Origin: Candidatus Latescibacterota bacterium
GTDB lineage: Bacteria > Latescibacterota > UBA2968 > GCA-2709665
Reading direction: 5' to 3'
DNA: 64,000 nt
Assembly: GCA_965226795.1 (NCBI GenBank)
Contig: CBDDDZ010000005.1
Location: 1,056,001 to 1,120,000 of the forward strand
Made by a program: the position numbers and the translations under genes. The notes beneath the pieces are model-generated. The model had not been told where the DNA came from. It was given only the letters and a program-made list of their open reading frames with translations, and did not search any database. This document shows, in pieces, positions 24,714 to 35,815 of this stretch. Each line of letters starts with the position of its first letter. The stretch's first letter is position 1.

Positions 24714-25495
24714 CGAAACGAATCATACCCTGTCTGGACGTCAAGAACGGCCGGAATGTACGCGGGGTGAAGTTTTCGGCGGACCGGGACGCCGGAGACC
24801 CTGTCGAACTGGCCCGTCGCTACGACGAGGAAGGGGCCGACGAACTTGTATTTTACGATATTACGGCTTCGGCCGAGAAGCGAGAGATCGTCGCCGATCT
24901 CGTGCGCCAGGTATCGGAACAGGTGTTTATCCCATTTACGGTGGGCGGGGGCGTGCGGACGTTTGACGATATTCGCACGATCATCGAGGGCGGCGCCGAA
25001 AAGGCATCCATCAATTCGGCCGCGGTTCGCACGCCAGAGTTGATTACCCGCGGTGCAGAGCGTTTTGGCGCACAGGCAATCGTCGGATCCATCGACGCAG
25101 TTAGATGCGGGAGCAAGTCCGGAAATCCAAAGTGGGAAGTGATGATCGACGGGGGCAGGTCGCCGACGGGCAGAGATGCCCTGGAATGGGCGTTGGAATT
25201 GGTCGACAGGGGCGCTGGGGAGCTGGTGTTGAACAGCATCGATGCTGACGGTACGAGGGAGGGGTATGACATTGAGCTGAACCGCGCGGTGGCGGATCTT
25301 GTAGACGTGCCGATCGTGGCTTCCGGGGGTTCAGGTGGACCGGAGCACATGTATCAGGTGCTTCATCAAGGTAAGGCGAGTGCCGCACTGGCAGCGTCTA
25401 TCTTTCATTATCGGCACTATAGCATTCCTCAGGTGAAAGCGTATCTTGCCAGGCGGGGCATCTGTGTGCGGCCCCGGGTGAGGGTGGATTTGTAA
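24707..25495 (+). CDS. hisF: Imidazole glycerol phosphate synthase, cyclase subunit
   Basis: RIIPCLDV, GADELVFYDITAS, DGTREGYD. Confidence 0.97.
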   Translation: MLAKRIIPCLDVKNGRNVRGVKFSADRDAGDPVELARRYDEEGADELVFYDITASAEKREIVADLVRQVSEQVFIPFTVGGGVRTFDDIRTIIEGGAEKASINSAAVRTPELITRGAERFGAQAIVGSIDAVRCGSKSGNPKWEVMIDGGRSPTGRDALEWALELVDRGAGELVLNSIDADGTREGYDIELNRAVADLVDVPIVASGGSGGPEHMYQVLHQGKASAALAASIFHYRHYSIPQVKAYLARRGICVRPRVRVDL

Positions 25496-25548
25496 TGGAT
25501 CGTTGTATAACTAAAGGAAAACCGGGGCGTCGAGCGGAGGATGGAAAG

Positions 25549-26703
25549 ATGGGTGATTCGGAGCCGAATCGGACCTGCCCCGAGCGAAGGAAGCTGTTCG
25601 AGGGTGTTCGGCGTGTCGTGGTGAAGCTGGGCACACGGCTGGTCACGCTTCAGGATCACACGCTGAATCTGAAGCTGATCGAGCGCCTGGCTACCGATGT
25701 GGCGGAATTGCGCCGGACGGGAATACAGGTTGCCGTTGTGTCGTCGGGCGCCGTTGGGGCCGGTATGGGCCGGCTGGGGCTTGAGGAGCGGCCGCGACGA
25801 CTGTCGGCGTTGCAGGCGACCGCGGCGGTTGGTCAGGGGCTGGTGATGAATGCGTACAAACTGGCGTTCCGGGCCCATCACATTCCCGTTGGACAGGTAC
25901 TGCTGACTGCCGATGACCTTGATAACAGACGTCGATACGTTAACGCCCGGAATACGCTGGATTCGTTGTTTCGATTCGGCGCCGTTCCGATCCTTAACGA
26001 AAACGACAGCGTGGCGGTTGAGGAACTCCAGCTTTCGGTAGGCGACAACGACCGACTATCCGCGCTCGTGGCGCATCTGGTTGACGCTGACCTTCTCGTT
26101 ATCCTGACCGACGTCGATGGACTTTACTCGGAAGATCCGTACCGCAACTCTGACGCGCACCTTATTGCGCGGGTTGAGGAGGTCCGCCCCGAAATGATCG
26201 AGCGGGCCGGAAGAGCCGGCCGCCGGGTGAGTCTGGGTGGAATGCGTTCAAAACTGGAGGCGGTACAGAGTGTGACGCGGGGAGGCAGGTTGGCGGTGAT
26301 TGCAAACGGGCACAAGATCGGATTGGGCCGAATCCTTGCAGGAACGCCGGCGGGCACGTTGTTTCTTGCCGAGAGAGAGAGGCTTCCTGGCCGTAAGCTC
26401 TGGATTGCCAATTCTCGTCGACACGGCGCCGTGATTGTGGACGACGGCGCGGTGGAGGCAATCGTGAAACGCGGCAAGAGCCTGTTGCCTTCAGGTATCG
26501 TAAAGGTGGTAGGCGCCTTTGACGCTGGAGAATTGATTGCCGTTGAAGACCGGAGACGGCTGGAGGTTGCACGTGGCGTAGTGAAGTACGGTTCGGAGGA
26601 GGTACAGCGGATATTGGGTAAATCAACTGGCGAGGTGGTGGCGATTCTAGATGTGGAAACGGGAGGAGAGGTGGTTCACCGGGACGATCTGGTGGTGCTG
26701 TAG
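25549..26703 (+). CDS. proB: Glutamate 5-kinase with PUA domain (start uncertain)
   Basis: VVKLGT, VSSGAV, NENDSV, GDNDRL, HRDDLV. Confidence 0.96.
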   Translation: MGDSEPNRTCPERRKLFEGVRRVVVKLGTRLVTLQDHTLNLKLIERLATDVAELRRTGIQVAVVSSGAVGAGMGRLGLEERPRRLSALQATAAVGQGLVMNAYKLAFRAHHIPVGQVLLTADDLDNRRRYVNARNTLDSLFRFGAVPILNENDSVAVEELQLSVGDNDRLSALVAHLVDADLLVILTDVDGLYSEDPYRNSDAHLIARVEEVRPEMIERAGRAGRRVSLGGMRSKLEAVQSVTRGGRLAVIANGHKIGLGRILAGTPAGTLFLAERERLPGRKLWIANSRRHGAVIVDDGAVEAIVKRGKSLLPSGIVKVVGAFDAGELIAVEDRRRLEVARGVVKYGSEEVQRILGKSTGEVVAILDVETGGEVVHRDDLVVL

Positions 26704-26860
26704 TCGTCGGGGTCATGTTCGCGCCCGTACACCGTTTCTCCGGCGTTAGGTGTGCGCCTCCGACCGCCGAGGGATCTCGAAAGCGGTCGTCGGGGTATCG
26801 TCCGGTGAATCGATGGGCGGAAAGTGCATGGCGGTCCAATCATTCGCAGGGGTCTTCGGA

Positions 26861-27208
26861 ATGAAATTCTATAGAGGAAAACGGGAATACCTGTACGCAC
26901 CCCGCAGAAAGATGTATAGATTCCTGTGGGCTCTGCCGGCCCTGTGGTTCGTCTATTTGTTTTTCGCGGGAGACAGTGGGTATCTTCAGATTCGGGAGCG
27001 GAGCCGGGAGATTGAGGCGATGCAGGGTGAGATTGCAACCGTAAGGGTGGAAAACCGGCGGTTGACGGCCGAAGTCGAAATGTTGCAGAACGACCTGGCG
27101 ATCATTGAGAGGATTGCGCGGGAGCGGTACGGGATGGTCAAGGAAAACGAAACGGTCTATATGGTGTACCCTGGTACGCCGGCCCCAAAGTCGACATCCG
27201 AGAAATGA
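26861..27208 (+). CDS. Septum formation initiator family protein (FtsB/DivIC)
   Basis: TM helix, GDSG, coiled coil, IERIARERYGMVKENE. Confidence 0.85.
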   Translation: MKFYRGKREYLYAPRRKMYRFLWALPALWFVYLFFAGDSGYLQIRERSREIEAMQGEIATVRVENRRLTAEVEMLQNDLAIIERIARERYGMVKENETVYMVYPGTPAPKSTSEK

Positions 27209-27987
27209 TATCGAAAACCGAAGGTCTGGTTCTGCGCGGCTACCGGATGAGCGAGAGTAGTAAGGTGGTGGTCATCTATACCCGTACCGCGGGTAAGGTT
27301 CGGGTTGTCGCCAGGGGCGCCCGGCGCCCCAGGAGTAAGTTCGGTGCCAGCGTGGAGCCTATGACCTGGGGAGCTTACGTTTTCTATAGCCGGGAAAACA
27401 GAGATTTACAGACGCTGAGCGAAGGCGATATTCTGTATGCCTTCGAGGGCCTCAAACGGGTCTATCGGCGCCTCGTTTACGCAAGCGCCGTTTGTGATTT
27501 GCTGGATCGCCTGACGCCGGAAGAAGATCCGAATTCACTCCTGTGCAGCGTTACGCTGGACACGCTGCGATGGATGGAAACGGTTGAGGAAAAGGCGATT
27601 GAATTGCCACTTTGGTATTTTCAGCTGAGGGCCGCCGCGGAGCTGGGATATCGTCCCCATCTGAGCGGGTGCGTCCAATGCGGCGGGCGGATAACCGGCG
27701 GCCGGGTCTGTTTCGACGCGGGGCGGGGCGGTACGGTCTGCCGCCGGTGCGAAAGCGGGGGCCTTGGAGTGAAAATGGCTACCATCCAATACCTGGAGCA
27801 GCTTCAGACAGCACGTGCAGACCGAATTGACGAGAAGGGTTTCCGGGCGATCGACACCAACGAAGCGCGTCGTGTGCTGCGTAGCTTTTTGTGGCGCCAC
27901 ATTGAAAACCGGGGCCAGGTCAAGTCGCTGGATTTTTTGAATCGAATGCTGGCTGCAGAGGGTCAATCCGTGCCCTACGGCAGTTGA
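27205..27987 (+). CDS. recO: DNA repair protein RecO
   Basis: EGLVLR…ARGARRPRSKF; CxxC…CxxC Zn finger. Confidence 0.93.
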   Translation: MISKTEGLVLRGYRMSESSKVVVIYTRTAGKVRVVARGARRPRSKFGASVEPMTWGAYVFYSRENRDLQTLSEGDILYAFEGLKRVYRRLVYASAVCDLLDRLTPEEDPNSLLCSVTLDTLRWMETVEEKAIELPLWYFQLRAAAELGYRPHLSGCVQCGGRITGGRVCFDAGRGGTVCRRCESGGLGVKMATIQYLEQLQTARADRIDEKGFRAIDTNEARRVLRSFLWRHIENRGQVKSLDFLNRMLAAEGQSVPYGS

Positions 27988-28064
27988 GGATCGGTCGACG
28001 GCTGGCCGCATACGATAACAACTGATTGACTCCCCGCCTTTTGGAAAAGGATCAGGTCCGCGGA

Positions 28065-30752
28065 ATGGGAGAACAGGCCGTGCTCGAAACAAAGTACGAT
28101 CCAGGGTCGGTTGAAAAGACGTGGTATGCCTTTTGGGAGTCAAAGGGCTATTTCAGGCCGGAATATCGGGCCACCGGAAAGGCGTATTCCATCACGATTC
28201 CACCGCCGAATGTCACCGGAGAGCTCCACATGGGACACGCGCTGCAGCATGCGATTCATGATGCCGTGGTGCGATGGAAGCGCATGCAGGGGCATCGAAC
28301 GCTCTGCCTGCCCGGTACCGACCACGCCGGTATTGCCACACAGATGAAGGTCGAGCAACGGCTTTTCGAGGAGGAAGGAAAGGGACGCCACGATATTGGT
28401 CGTGACGAGATGTTGAAACGGATCGCGGTTTGGAAACAAGAATACGGGGGAACCATTCTTAAGCAGCTCCGGGAATTGGGTTGCAGCTACGATTGGGACC
28501 GTGAACGGTTTACCATGGACCATGGGTACACCCGGGCGGTTTTGTCGGCATTTGTGAGATTTTATGAAAAGGGATGGGTCTACCGCGGCAAGCGGATGGT
28601 AAATTGGTGCCCGAAGTGCGGCACGGTCATATCGGACCTGGAAGTGGAGGAGCGGGATCATGAGGGACACCTGTGGCATATTCGGTATCCGGGTCTGGAG
28701 GGTGGGCCGGACGTGGTGGTTGCCACGACCCGTCCTGAGACGATGTTGGGGGATACGGGCGTGGCGGTGCATCCCGATGACCGTCGCTGGCAACGGGCAA
28801 TTGGCGGCCGTGTCATGCTGCCGCTTATGGAGCGGCCGATCCCGATTGTGGCCGATCGGTACGCGGATCCGGAGATGGGTAGCGGCGCGGTAAAGGTGAC
28901 GCCCGCACACGACCCCAATGACTACGAAATCGGGTTGCGCCACGGGTTGCCGGAGATCCAGGTCATTGGATTCAGCGGAGAGATGAACGAGGAAGCCGGA
29001 TCATTTAGCGGTATGGACCGGTTTGCCTGCCGAAGCGCGGTGGTTGCGGCCCTGAAGGAGTCGGGACTACTCGATCAAATTGAGGATTACGAACATATGG
29101 TGCCGCACCACGATAAGTGCGGCACTCCCATCGAGCCACTGCCGATGGACCAGTGGTTTCTGGCCATGAGATCCCTTGCGGATCAGGCTCTGCCCGCCTT
29201 GAGAAAGCAAGAGATCAGATACGTACCTGATCGCTTTCGGGAGTATTCCGTCGAGTGGCTGGAAAACATCCAGGATTGGTGCATCTCCCGCCAGATCTGG
29301 TGGGGACACCGTATCCCTGTGTGGACCTGCGAAGACTGCCGAGGTGTGTTGGTTCGAGTGGATGCGCCCGTACGTTGCGACGCCTGCGGCAACCGAGAAC
29401 TTGTGCAGGATCCGGACGTTCTGGACACCTGGTTTTCATCGGCCCTCTGGCCCTTCGCCACCCTCGGATGGCCGACTCCGGCCGAGGACTTGAAGGTGTT
29501 TCATCCAACCGATCTGATGATAACCGGCAGGGATATTCTCTTCCTGTGGGTGGCGCGGATGATCATGACGGCCGTTGAGTTTGTCGATGAAATTCCTTTC
29601 GGACGGGTTCTTGTACATCCGACCGTCCAGACGCGCGACGGCAGACGGATGAGTAAGTCGCTGGGTACCGGAATTGATCCCAGGGAGCTGATCGAACGGT
29701 ACGGCGCGGATGCAACGCGACTGTCGTTGCTTTATCAGTGCGGCAGTTCACAGGACATTCGATTTGACGCCGACGTCGTTGACAACCATTTACAGGACTC
29801 TCCCATAGCGGAGTCCTGCAGGAATTTCTGCAACAAGATCTGGAACGCGGCGCGGTTTGTACAGATGAACCTGGATGGGGCTGACTCCAGGTACACGCCG
29901 CCGCCGCCGGCGTCGCCCGTTGATCCTGCGGATCGATGGATACTCAGCCAGTACAACCGCACGGTGCGCACCGTGACGGAGTCTCTCGAGGCCTATCGGT
30001 TTGACGAAGCATCCAGAACCCTTTACGAATTCGTATGGAACGCGTATTGCGACTGGTACCTGGAAATTGCCAAGGTGAGGCTGAACGTCGGCGACCCGGA
30101 AACCAAAAAAATCGCGCGGAGCGTGCTCGTCCACGTGCTTGAGGGCTCCCTGCGCTTGCTTCATCCGATGGCCCCGTTTATCTCCGAAGCGCTGTGGCAG
30201 CAACTGCCACACTCTGGAGAAGCGCTGATTGTTGCGAAGTGGCCGTCGGTGAATTCGAAACGATTCGACGAGACGGCGGAACACGAGGTGGCGCTATTGC
30301 AGGCGGTGGTGGGTGCGGTCCGGAATATCCGCGGTACGATGCGCGTGCCACCGGGCAGACGCGCGGATCTCCACTTGAAGGTGAATTCAACCGATATCGG
30401 GGACGTCCTGATCGGATTCGGGGATTACCTGCGAGCGCTCGCCAAGGTAGCGGACCTTCGCATCGGCGCTGATATCATCCGCCCGCCGGCTACTGCGAGC
30501 GCCGTGTTGACGGATGTCGAAATCTTTGTGCCCTTACAGGGGCTGATTGATCTCGACGTCGAACGCCAGCGTCTGCGGAAAGAGATCGAGAAGCTGGAGG
30601 GGCTGCTGGGCGGACTGGACAGGAAGCTGAGTAACGCTGGCTTTCTGAACAATGCACCCGCAGAGGTCGTCTCCAGGGAGAAGGGACGCCACGCGCAGTA
30701 CCAGAATGCATTGGGCAGGTTGAACGAGAATCTTGCAGCGGTGACGTCATGA
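28065..30752 (+). CDS. valS: Valine--tRNA ligase
   Basis: PPPNVTGELHMGH, WCISRQ, DVLDTWFSS, RMSKS, C-terminal coiled coil. Confidence 0.98.
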   Translation: MGEQAVLETKYDPGSVEKTWYAFWESKGYFRPEYRATGKAYSITIPPPNVTGELHMGHALQHAIHDAVVRWKRMQGHRTLCLPGTDHAGIATQMKVEQRLFEEEGKGRHDIGRDEMLKRIAVWKQEYGGTILKQLRELGCSYDWDRERFTMDHGYTRAVLSAFVRFYEKGWVYRGKRMVNWCPKCGTVISDLEVEERDHEGHLWHIRYPGLEGGPDVVVATTRPETMLGDTGVAVHPDDRRWQRAIGGRVMLPLMERPIPIVADRYADPEMGSGAVKVTPAHDPNDYEIGLRHGLPEIQVIGFSGEMNEEAGSFSGMDRFACRSAVVAALKESGLLDQIEDYEHMVPHHDKCGTPIEPLPMDQWFLAMRSLADQALPALRKQEIRYVPDRFREYSVEWLENIQDWCISRQIWWGHRIPVWTCEDCRGVLVRVDAPVRCDACGNRELVQDPDVLDTWFSSALWPFATLGWPTPAEDLKVFHPTDLMITGRDILFLWVARMIMTAVEFVDEIPFGRVLVHPTVQTRDGRRMSKSLGTGIDPRELIERYGADATRLSLLYQCGSSQDIRFDADVVDNHLQDSPIAESCRNFCNKIWNAARFVQMNLDGADSRYTPPPPASPVDPADRWILSQYNRTVRTVTESLEAYRFDEASRTLYEFVWNAYCDWYLEIAKVRLNVGDPETKKIARSVLVHVLEGSLRLLHPMAPFISEALWQQLPHSGEALIVAKWPSVNSKRFDETAEHEVALLQAVVGAVRNIRGTMRVPPGRRADLHLKVNSTDIGDVLIGFGDYLRALAKVADLRIGADIIRPPATASAVLTDVEIFVPLQGLIDLDVERQRLRKEIEKLEGLLGGLDRKLSNAGFLNNAPAEVVSREKGRHAQYQNALGRLNENLAAVTS

Positions 30753-30900
30753 AGCGACTGCCCGCAACAGCGCAGGCGCTGCGGGCTCGAATTCAAAGCC
30801 TCACTCCGTGCGAGCCGACGGCGGTCGTACATGGCCGGAATGCCGCGGCATCGGTCCGGCGTGAAAGCGTTTGACTTGATTCAGATTGGAAGTCCGTAAG

Positions 30901-33054
30901 ATGTTGAGACATTATGTACGGCGGATTTTTCTCTATTGTGGGATCTGTGTCCTGGTGTATGCGGGCGTCGCAGGCGGGGTGGTGCTTCGATTCAAGGATG
31001 AATTACCCTCCTTTTCGCAAATGGAGGAGGTGGAGCCCGCGCGAACCACCAGCATCATTTCCGCCGACGGTGTCGTACTGAAGCGTTTCTGGGTCGAGAA
31101 TCGGGTGCCGATTACTTACAACCAGATTCCCGAGGCCGCGATCTGGGCCCTGACCGCGACGGAGGATCAGCTCTTCTGGCGGCATTGGGGTGTGAGCCTG
31201 CCCGATATCTTCCGCGCCGTATTGCGCAACGTGACGCAGGAGGGCAGTCTGAAGGGCCACGGCGCCAGCACGATTACGCAGCAACTCGCCCGGAATCTGT
31301 TCCTGGACCAGAAACAGACATGGACCAGGAAAGTGAAGGAGCAGTTGACGGCCGTGCTGCTCGAGCGGACGTATACGAAACGCGAAATTATCGAGATATA
31401 TTTCAACAAGGTCCTGTTCGGCAACGGTGCATATGGCATTCAGTCTGCGGCTGAGCGGTTTTTCGGCAAGGCAGCCAGGGAGTTGACTCTGGACGAGTGC
31501 GCGCTGCTGGTTGGACTCCTCAGAGGACCCTATTTCTACTCACCGATCAACCATCCCCGACGGGCGAGAGATCGGCGTGACGTGGTACTTCGTTTGATGC
31601 GCAGCACGGGCCGAATCACTCAGGCGCAATACCAATCCGCCACGCGCCGACCCATTATCTTAAAGGATACCGAGGATGAAGAGATCGGTGAAGCGCCGTA
31701 TTTCACGGAGTACATTCGTCGATATCTCGAGAAAAATTACGGCTGGAATCTCTTGTACAAGGATGGCGCGTCGGTCTATTCGACTGTGGACAGCCGTATC
31801 CAGTCCATTGCTGAAGAGACCCTGCTAAACCACCTGGACAAGGTGCAGAAAAGGGTGGATGCGAAACGACGGTGGAGCCCGCCGGATACGGCTTTTTGGG
31901 CTGGAATCAGCACCCGGGAAGACTCGCTGAGGGCCACGGTGGTGCAGGGAGCGCTGGTCGCGCTGGACACCCATACGGGACACATTCTGGCTATGGTAGG
32001 TGGCAGCGACTTCACCCAGACGAAATTCAACCGGGCCGTACAGGCGCTACGCCAGCCAGGATCGGCATTTAAGCCGATCATTTATGCGTCGGCCATTGCG
32101 CAAAAGGTCCCGCCCACGCGTCGGTATCCGGATACGGCTGTTACGGTAGAGATGTACGACGGCAGCCTGTGGCGACCGCAGAACTACGATCGGAAGTTCC
32201 TGGGCTGGATGACGATGCGGGACGGCCTTGCCATGTCTCGGAATGTGGTGACAACGAAAATTCTGGAAGAGATCGGGCCCCGAACCGCGGTGCGCCAGGC
32301 GAAACGCATGGGAATTTCCAGCAGGATCCGGGCCGTGAAGTCCCTCGGTATGGGTACAAGCGAGGTGAAATTGATCGACCTGGTGGCCGCATACGGGACG
32401 TTTCCCAACGGTGGCATCCGTGTGGAGCCGGTCGCCATTCTGAAGATCACGGACAAGGGCGGCAACGTTATCGAAAGCCGGGTTCAGGGCAAGGAGCACG
32501 AAGCGCTCAGTGCGGAGGCGGCCGCCGTAGCGACAAGCATGCTCCGGTCCGTGATGGATATGCGCAAGCAGACACCGAAAGGAATCTGGCGCGGCACCGG
32601 ATCGGGCGCCCGATCGATATATGGGTTTCGGCGGCCGGCGGCAGGAAAAACGGGTACCACTCAGAACTTCGCGGACACGTGGTTTGTGGGCTTCACCCCA
32701 CAGATCGTGGCTGGCGTCTGGGTAGGGTTCGACGACTATCGGGTCTCTCTGGGAAGCCGGATGTCGGGCGCGGCCGTGGCGTTGCCGGTGTGGGCGAAAT
32801 TCATGAAAAAAGTACACGAGACACTCGATTTGCCACAGGAGGAATTCGAACTGCCACCGGGCGTGGCCCAGTTGGAGGTATGTGGCGATACGTTTGAGGT
32901 GGCGTCGATGTATTGCCCGAATCGATTGGAAGAAGTGTTTGTGCCCGGGTCCGAACCGACATCTCCCTGTCCTGACCATACGGCGGCCGTCGTCCGGCAT
33001 CCGGAACTGAAGAAACAGGACCGGGAGAACGCGAAACGTGCATATCAGTTTTAG
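30901..33054 (+). CDS. Class A penicillin-binding protein 1A
   Basis: Transglycosylase motifs TED, GASTITQQ, RKVKE; transpeptidase motifs SAFK, SRN, KTG. Confidence 0.95.
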   Translation: MLRHYVRRIFLYCGICVLVYAGVAGGVVLRFKDELPSFSQMEEVEPARTTSIISADGVVLKRFWVENRVPITYNQIPEAAIWALTATEDQLFWRHWGVSLPDIFRAVLRNVTQEGSLKGHGASTITQQLARNLFLDQKQTWTRKVKEQLTAVLLERTYTKREIIEIYFNKVLFGNGAYGIQSAAERFFGKAARELTLDECALLVGLLRGPYFYSPINHPRRARDRRDVVLRLMRSTGRITQAQYQSATRRPIILKDTEDEEIGEAPYFTEYIRRYLEKNYGWNLLYKDGASVYSTVDSRIQSIAEETLLNHLDKVQKRVDAKRRWSPPDTAFWAGISTREDSLRATVVQGALVALDTHTGHILAMVGGSDFTQTKFNRAVQALRQPGSAFKPIIYASAIAQKVPPTRRYPDTAVTVEMYDGSLWRPQNYDRKFLGWMTMRDGLAMSRNVVTTKILEEIGPRTAVRQAKRMGISSRIRAVKSLGMGTSEVKLIDLVAAYGTFPNGGIRVEPVAILKITDKGGNVIESRVQGKEHEALSAEAAAVATSMLRSVMDMRKQTPKGIWRGTGSGARSIYGFRRPAAGKTGTTQNFADTWFVGFTPQIVAGVWVGFDDYRVSLGSRMSGAAVALPVWAKFMKKVHETLDLPQEEFELPPGVAQLEVCGDTFEVASMYCPNRLEEVFVPGSEPTSPCPDHTAAVVRHPELKKQDRENAKRAYQF

Positions 33055-33117
33055 TGTCTCGGCCCGATTCCCTTGCCGCGCCTGTTTAAGCGGTTAAACA
33101 GGGCACAATTGGACAAG

Positions 33118-33150
33118 AAAAAAGCCCGGCGATGTTCGCCGGGCTTTTTT
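33118..33150. terminator. Bidirectional intrinsic terminator
   Basis: AAAAAAGCCCGGCGA-TGT-TCGCCGGGCTTTTTT between convergent genes. Confidence 0.9.
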
Positions 33151-33170
33151 ACAGGGTTCAGATTCCCGTG

Positions 33171-35729
33171 TTATGCTCTCGCGCGACGGGAGGCCACGAC
33201 GGCTGTCTCCTTCCGGCGGTCGACGGCATTCTGCCAGACCAGCACGAGAGGACTGGCCACGAATGAGGAAGAATAGGTTCCTACGATCACCCCGATCATT
33301 AGAGCAAATGCAAAATCACGAATAACCTCCCCGCCAAGGAGAAGCAGGCCCAGGACAACGAGCAGCGTTGTACCCGAGGTGAGAACCGTCCGGTTGAGGC
33401 TGTCGTTGATGCTCCGGTTGATGACCTCGGCCGAGCTGTCGCGGCGGTAGAGTTTTCGATTCTCCCGGATGCGATCGTATACCACGATGGTATCGTTCAG
33501 TGAGTACCCGACGATCGTAAGCAGCGCGGCCACAATGGCGAGAGAAATCTCTTTATCCAACAGGGAAAAAACGCCCAGAGTGAGCAGCACGTCGTGGAAC
33601 AGCGCCACGACAGCGGCGATGCCGAACTGGATCTGTTTGAAACGCCACCAGATGTAGAATACGATCAGAACCAGGGAGACGAAAATTGCGTTGACGGCGT
33701 TCTGTTTAAGTTCGCTGCCAATCTTGGGCCCAACCGCCTCCTGACGCCTCAACCACTGAGTCGGATCGGGAATGCTGGACGCAAATGTCGACTTGAGGGT
33801 GTTCTTTATGGCGTCGGCCGTGACTGTCCCTTCCGTTTCTTCCTCCACGCGAATCAGAATATCGGAAGCAGGGCCGAATACTTTGATTTCGCTGTGTCTC
33901 AGGTCCCGTTTTTTACCCTCCACGTCGACGTCCCGCAGGGCGTCCCGCAGGTTTGCGACCTCTACCGGCGGATTGAAGTGCAACTCCAACAGGGTACCGC
34001 CCGCGAAGTCAATTCCGAGGTTGTAGCCTCCCTTGGTGATCGTGGAACCCAGACCGACCAGGATAAGAAACGCCGAAAGCACGAACGCAGGTTTGCGCAG
34101 GGTAAGGAAGTCGAATGATGGACGACGGAAAATGGTCAGCCTGCCTATACTGATGGAAGTGAGTTGCCAGCGATTGATCGCGATATTGAAAAGGATCCGT
34201 GTGACGAACAGGGAGGTGTACATACTGCATAGAATACCGACCATGAGCGTCAGGGCGAAACCCCGGATAGGACCCGTACCGAACTGGTAGAGCACAACGG
34301 CGGTGATAACCGTGGTGATATTGGCGTCGACAATGGTGAGCATCGCTCTGCCGTATCCGTCTTGGACGGCGACGCGGAGGGTCTTGCCGTTACGCAACTC
34401 TTCACGGATACGCTCGAAGATGAGCACGTTGGCGTCGACGGCCATACCGATCATGAGAATGATCCCGGCAATTCCAGGCAAGGTGAGCGTGCCACCGAAC
34501 CCGGCCAGGATCGCCATCACGAACAGGAGATTCAGGATCAATGCAAAGTTGGCTACGAGCCCGGAAAGGCCGTAGTAGAGAACCATAAATATCATAACGA
34601 TTGCCAGACCGATCAGGGCGGCCTTCCGCCCCTGCTCGATGGAATCCCGTCCGAGCGAAGGCCCGACGGTCCGGTCTTCTACAATCGGCGCGTTGGCCGG
34701 AAGGGCCCCCGCCCGCAGCACAATGGCTAGGTCTTTCGCCTCCTCCAGGTCGCCACTGCCTTCGATAATGGACCGCCCATCACGAATCTTAGCGCGAACG
34801 GTAGGCGCCGAGTAAACCTGGTCATCGAGAATGATGGCCATGCGTTCGTTCAGGTGGGCCCCGGTTACCCGGGAGAAGCGTTTGATGCCCTCGTTTGTTG
34901 TGGTAAAGTTGATAATGGACTGCCCTGCATTTTCAAAACTCTGACCCTTGGTAACCTTGGCGTCCTGAACAATGTCGCCGGTCATTTCGATGCGCTTGTA
35001 AAGATAATAGAGTCGTCGATATTCCTGACCATCGCCGAACTCTTCCACTTCGTTTCCCCAGAGGAACTCGGTATCGTCCGGAATGAGATCCCGGATTTCG
35101 GGGTCTTTAAATAGGATGCCCTTTACGGTCTGTATCTTGTCGGCAGGAACAATCAGATCTTCGCTTTGGCCCAGGGCGAGCACATATCGTTTAATGGAGG
35201 GTGTTTCGTCGATGGCCTCCTCTTCAAAAAGGCCACCAACATCCCTTCTTGTCGTGTCTTCTCCGGCTCTTGCGACCAGGCGCGTTTCTATTTTGTCGAG
35301 TACACCCAAGCCGTCGTTCTTGGGTGCGAGAATTTTGAATTCGAGGCGCGCCTGCGTTTGAATGAGATTCTTGGCGCGCTCCACATCCTGCACGCCAGGA
35401 AGTTCGACCACAATTCGCCACTCCCCCTCCCGATGGATGATGGGTTCGGCCACACCGAACTGATCGACCCGGTTGGTGATGATTTCTTTAACGCGATCCA
35501 CAACATCCGCCCGTTCGTCTTCGGAAAGGCCGGTCGGATCCACCTCAAGAACCAGATGGATTCCGCCCTGGAGATCCAGGCCGAGGTTGACGGCTTCCCG
35601 TTTGACGGCTTCGAGTTTATCGGGATCCGCAGGCGGGTCGAAATAATACCGGTACGTGGGAAAAAGGTAATACAACGCCAGCAGGATCGTAGCGAGGACA
35701 ATCAGGATGCGATGGTTATCTCTTTTCAT
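33171..35729 (-). CDS. secDF: Fused protein translocase subunit SecDF
   Basis: LGLDLQGG, MAVDANVLIFERIREE, GIDFAGG, GYSLNDTIVVYDRIRE. Confidence 0.96.
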   Translation of the reverse strand: MKRDNHRILIVLATILLALYYLFPTYRYYFDPPADPDKLEAVKREAVNLGLDLQGGIHLVLEVDPTGLSEDERADVVDRVKEIITNRVDQFGVAEPIIHREGEWRIVVELPGVQDVERAKNLIQTQARLEFKILAPKNDGLGVLDKIETRLVARAGEDTTRRDVGGLFEEEAIDETPSIKRYVLALGQSEDLIVPADKIQTVKGILFKDPEIRDLIPDDTEFLWGNEVEEFGDGQEYRRLYYLYKRIEMTGDIVQDAKVTKGQSFENAGQSIINFTTTNEGIKRFSRVTGAHLNERMAIILDDQVYSAPTVRAKIRDGRSIIEGSGDLEEAKDLAIVLRAGALPANAPIVEDRTVGPSLGRDSIEQGRKAALIGLAIVMIFMVLYYGLSGLVANFALILNLLFVMAILAGFGGTLTLPGIAGIILMIGMAVDANVLIFERIREELRNGKTLRVAVQDGYGRAMLTIVDANITTVITAVVLYQFGTGPIRGFALTLMVGILCSMYTSLFVTRILFNIAINRWQLTSISIGRLTIFRRPSFDFLTLRKPAFVLSAFLILVGLGSTITKGGYNLGIDFAGGTLLELHFNPPVEVANLRDALRDVDVEGKKRDLRHSEIKVFGPASDILIRVEEETEGTVTADAIKNTLKSTFASSIPDPTQWLRRQEAVGPKIGSELKQNAVNAIFVSLVLIVFYIWWRFKQIQFGIAAVVALFHDVLLTLGVFSLLDKEISLAIVAALLTIVGYSLNDTIVVYDRIRENRKLYRRDSSAEVINRSINDSLNRTVLTSGTTLLVVLGLLLLGGEVIRDFAFALMIGVIVGTYSSSFVASPLVLVWQNAVDRRKETAVVASRRARA

Positions 35730-35815
35730 TTTTGAGTTTTGACTCCTGTGAACACGACGGATCCGGGATCGGGATAGCGTCTGGCGTCGAATGCTGTTCC
35801 TGAGGTCGCGTCGAT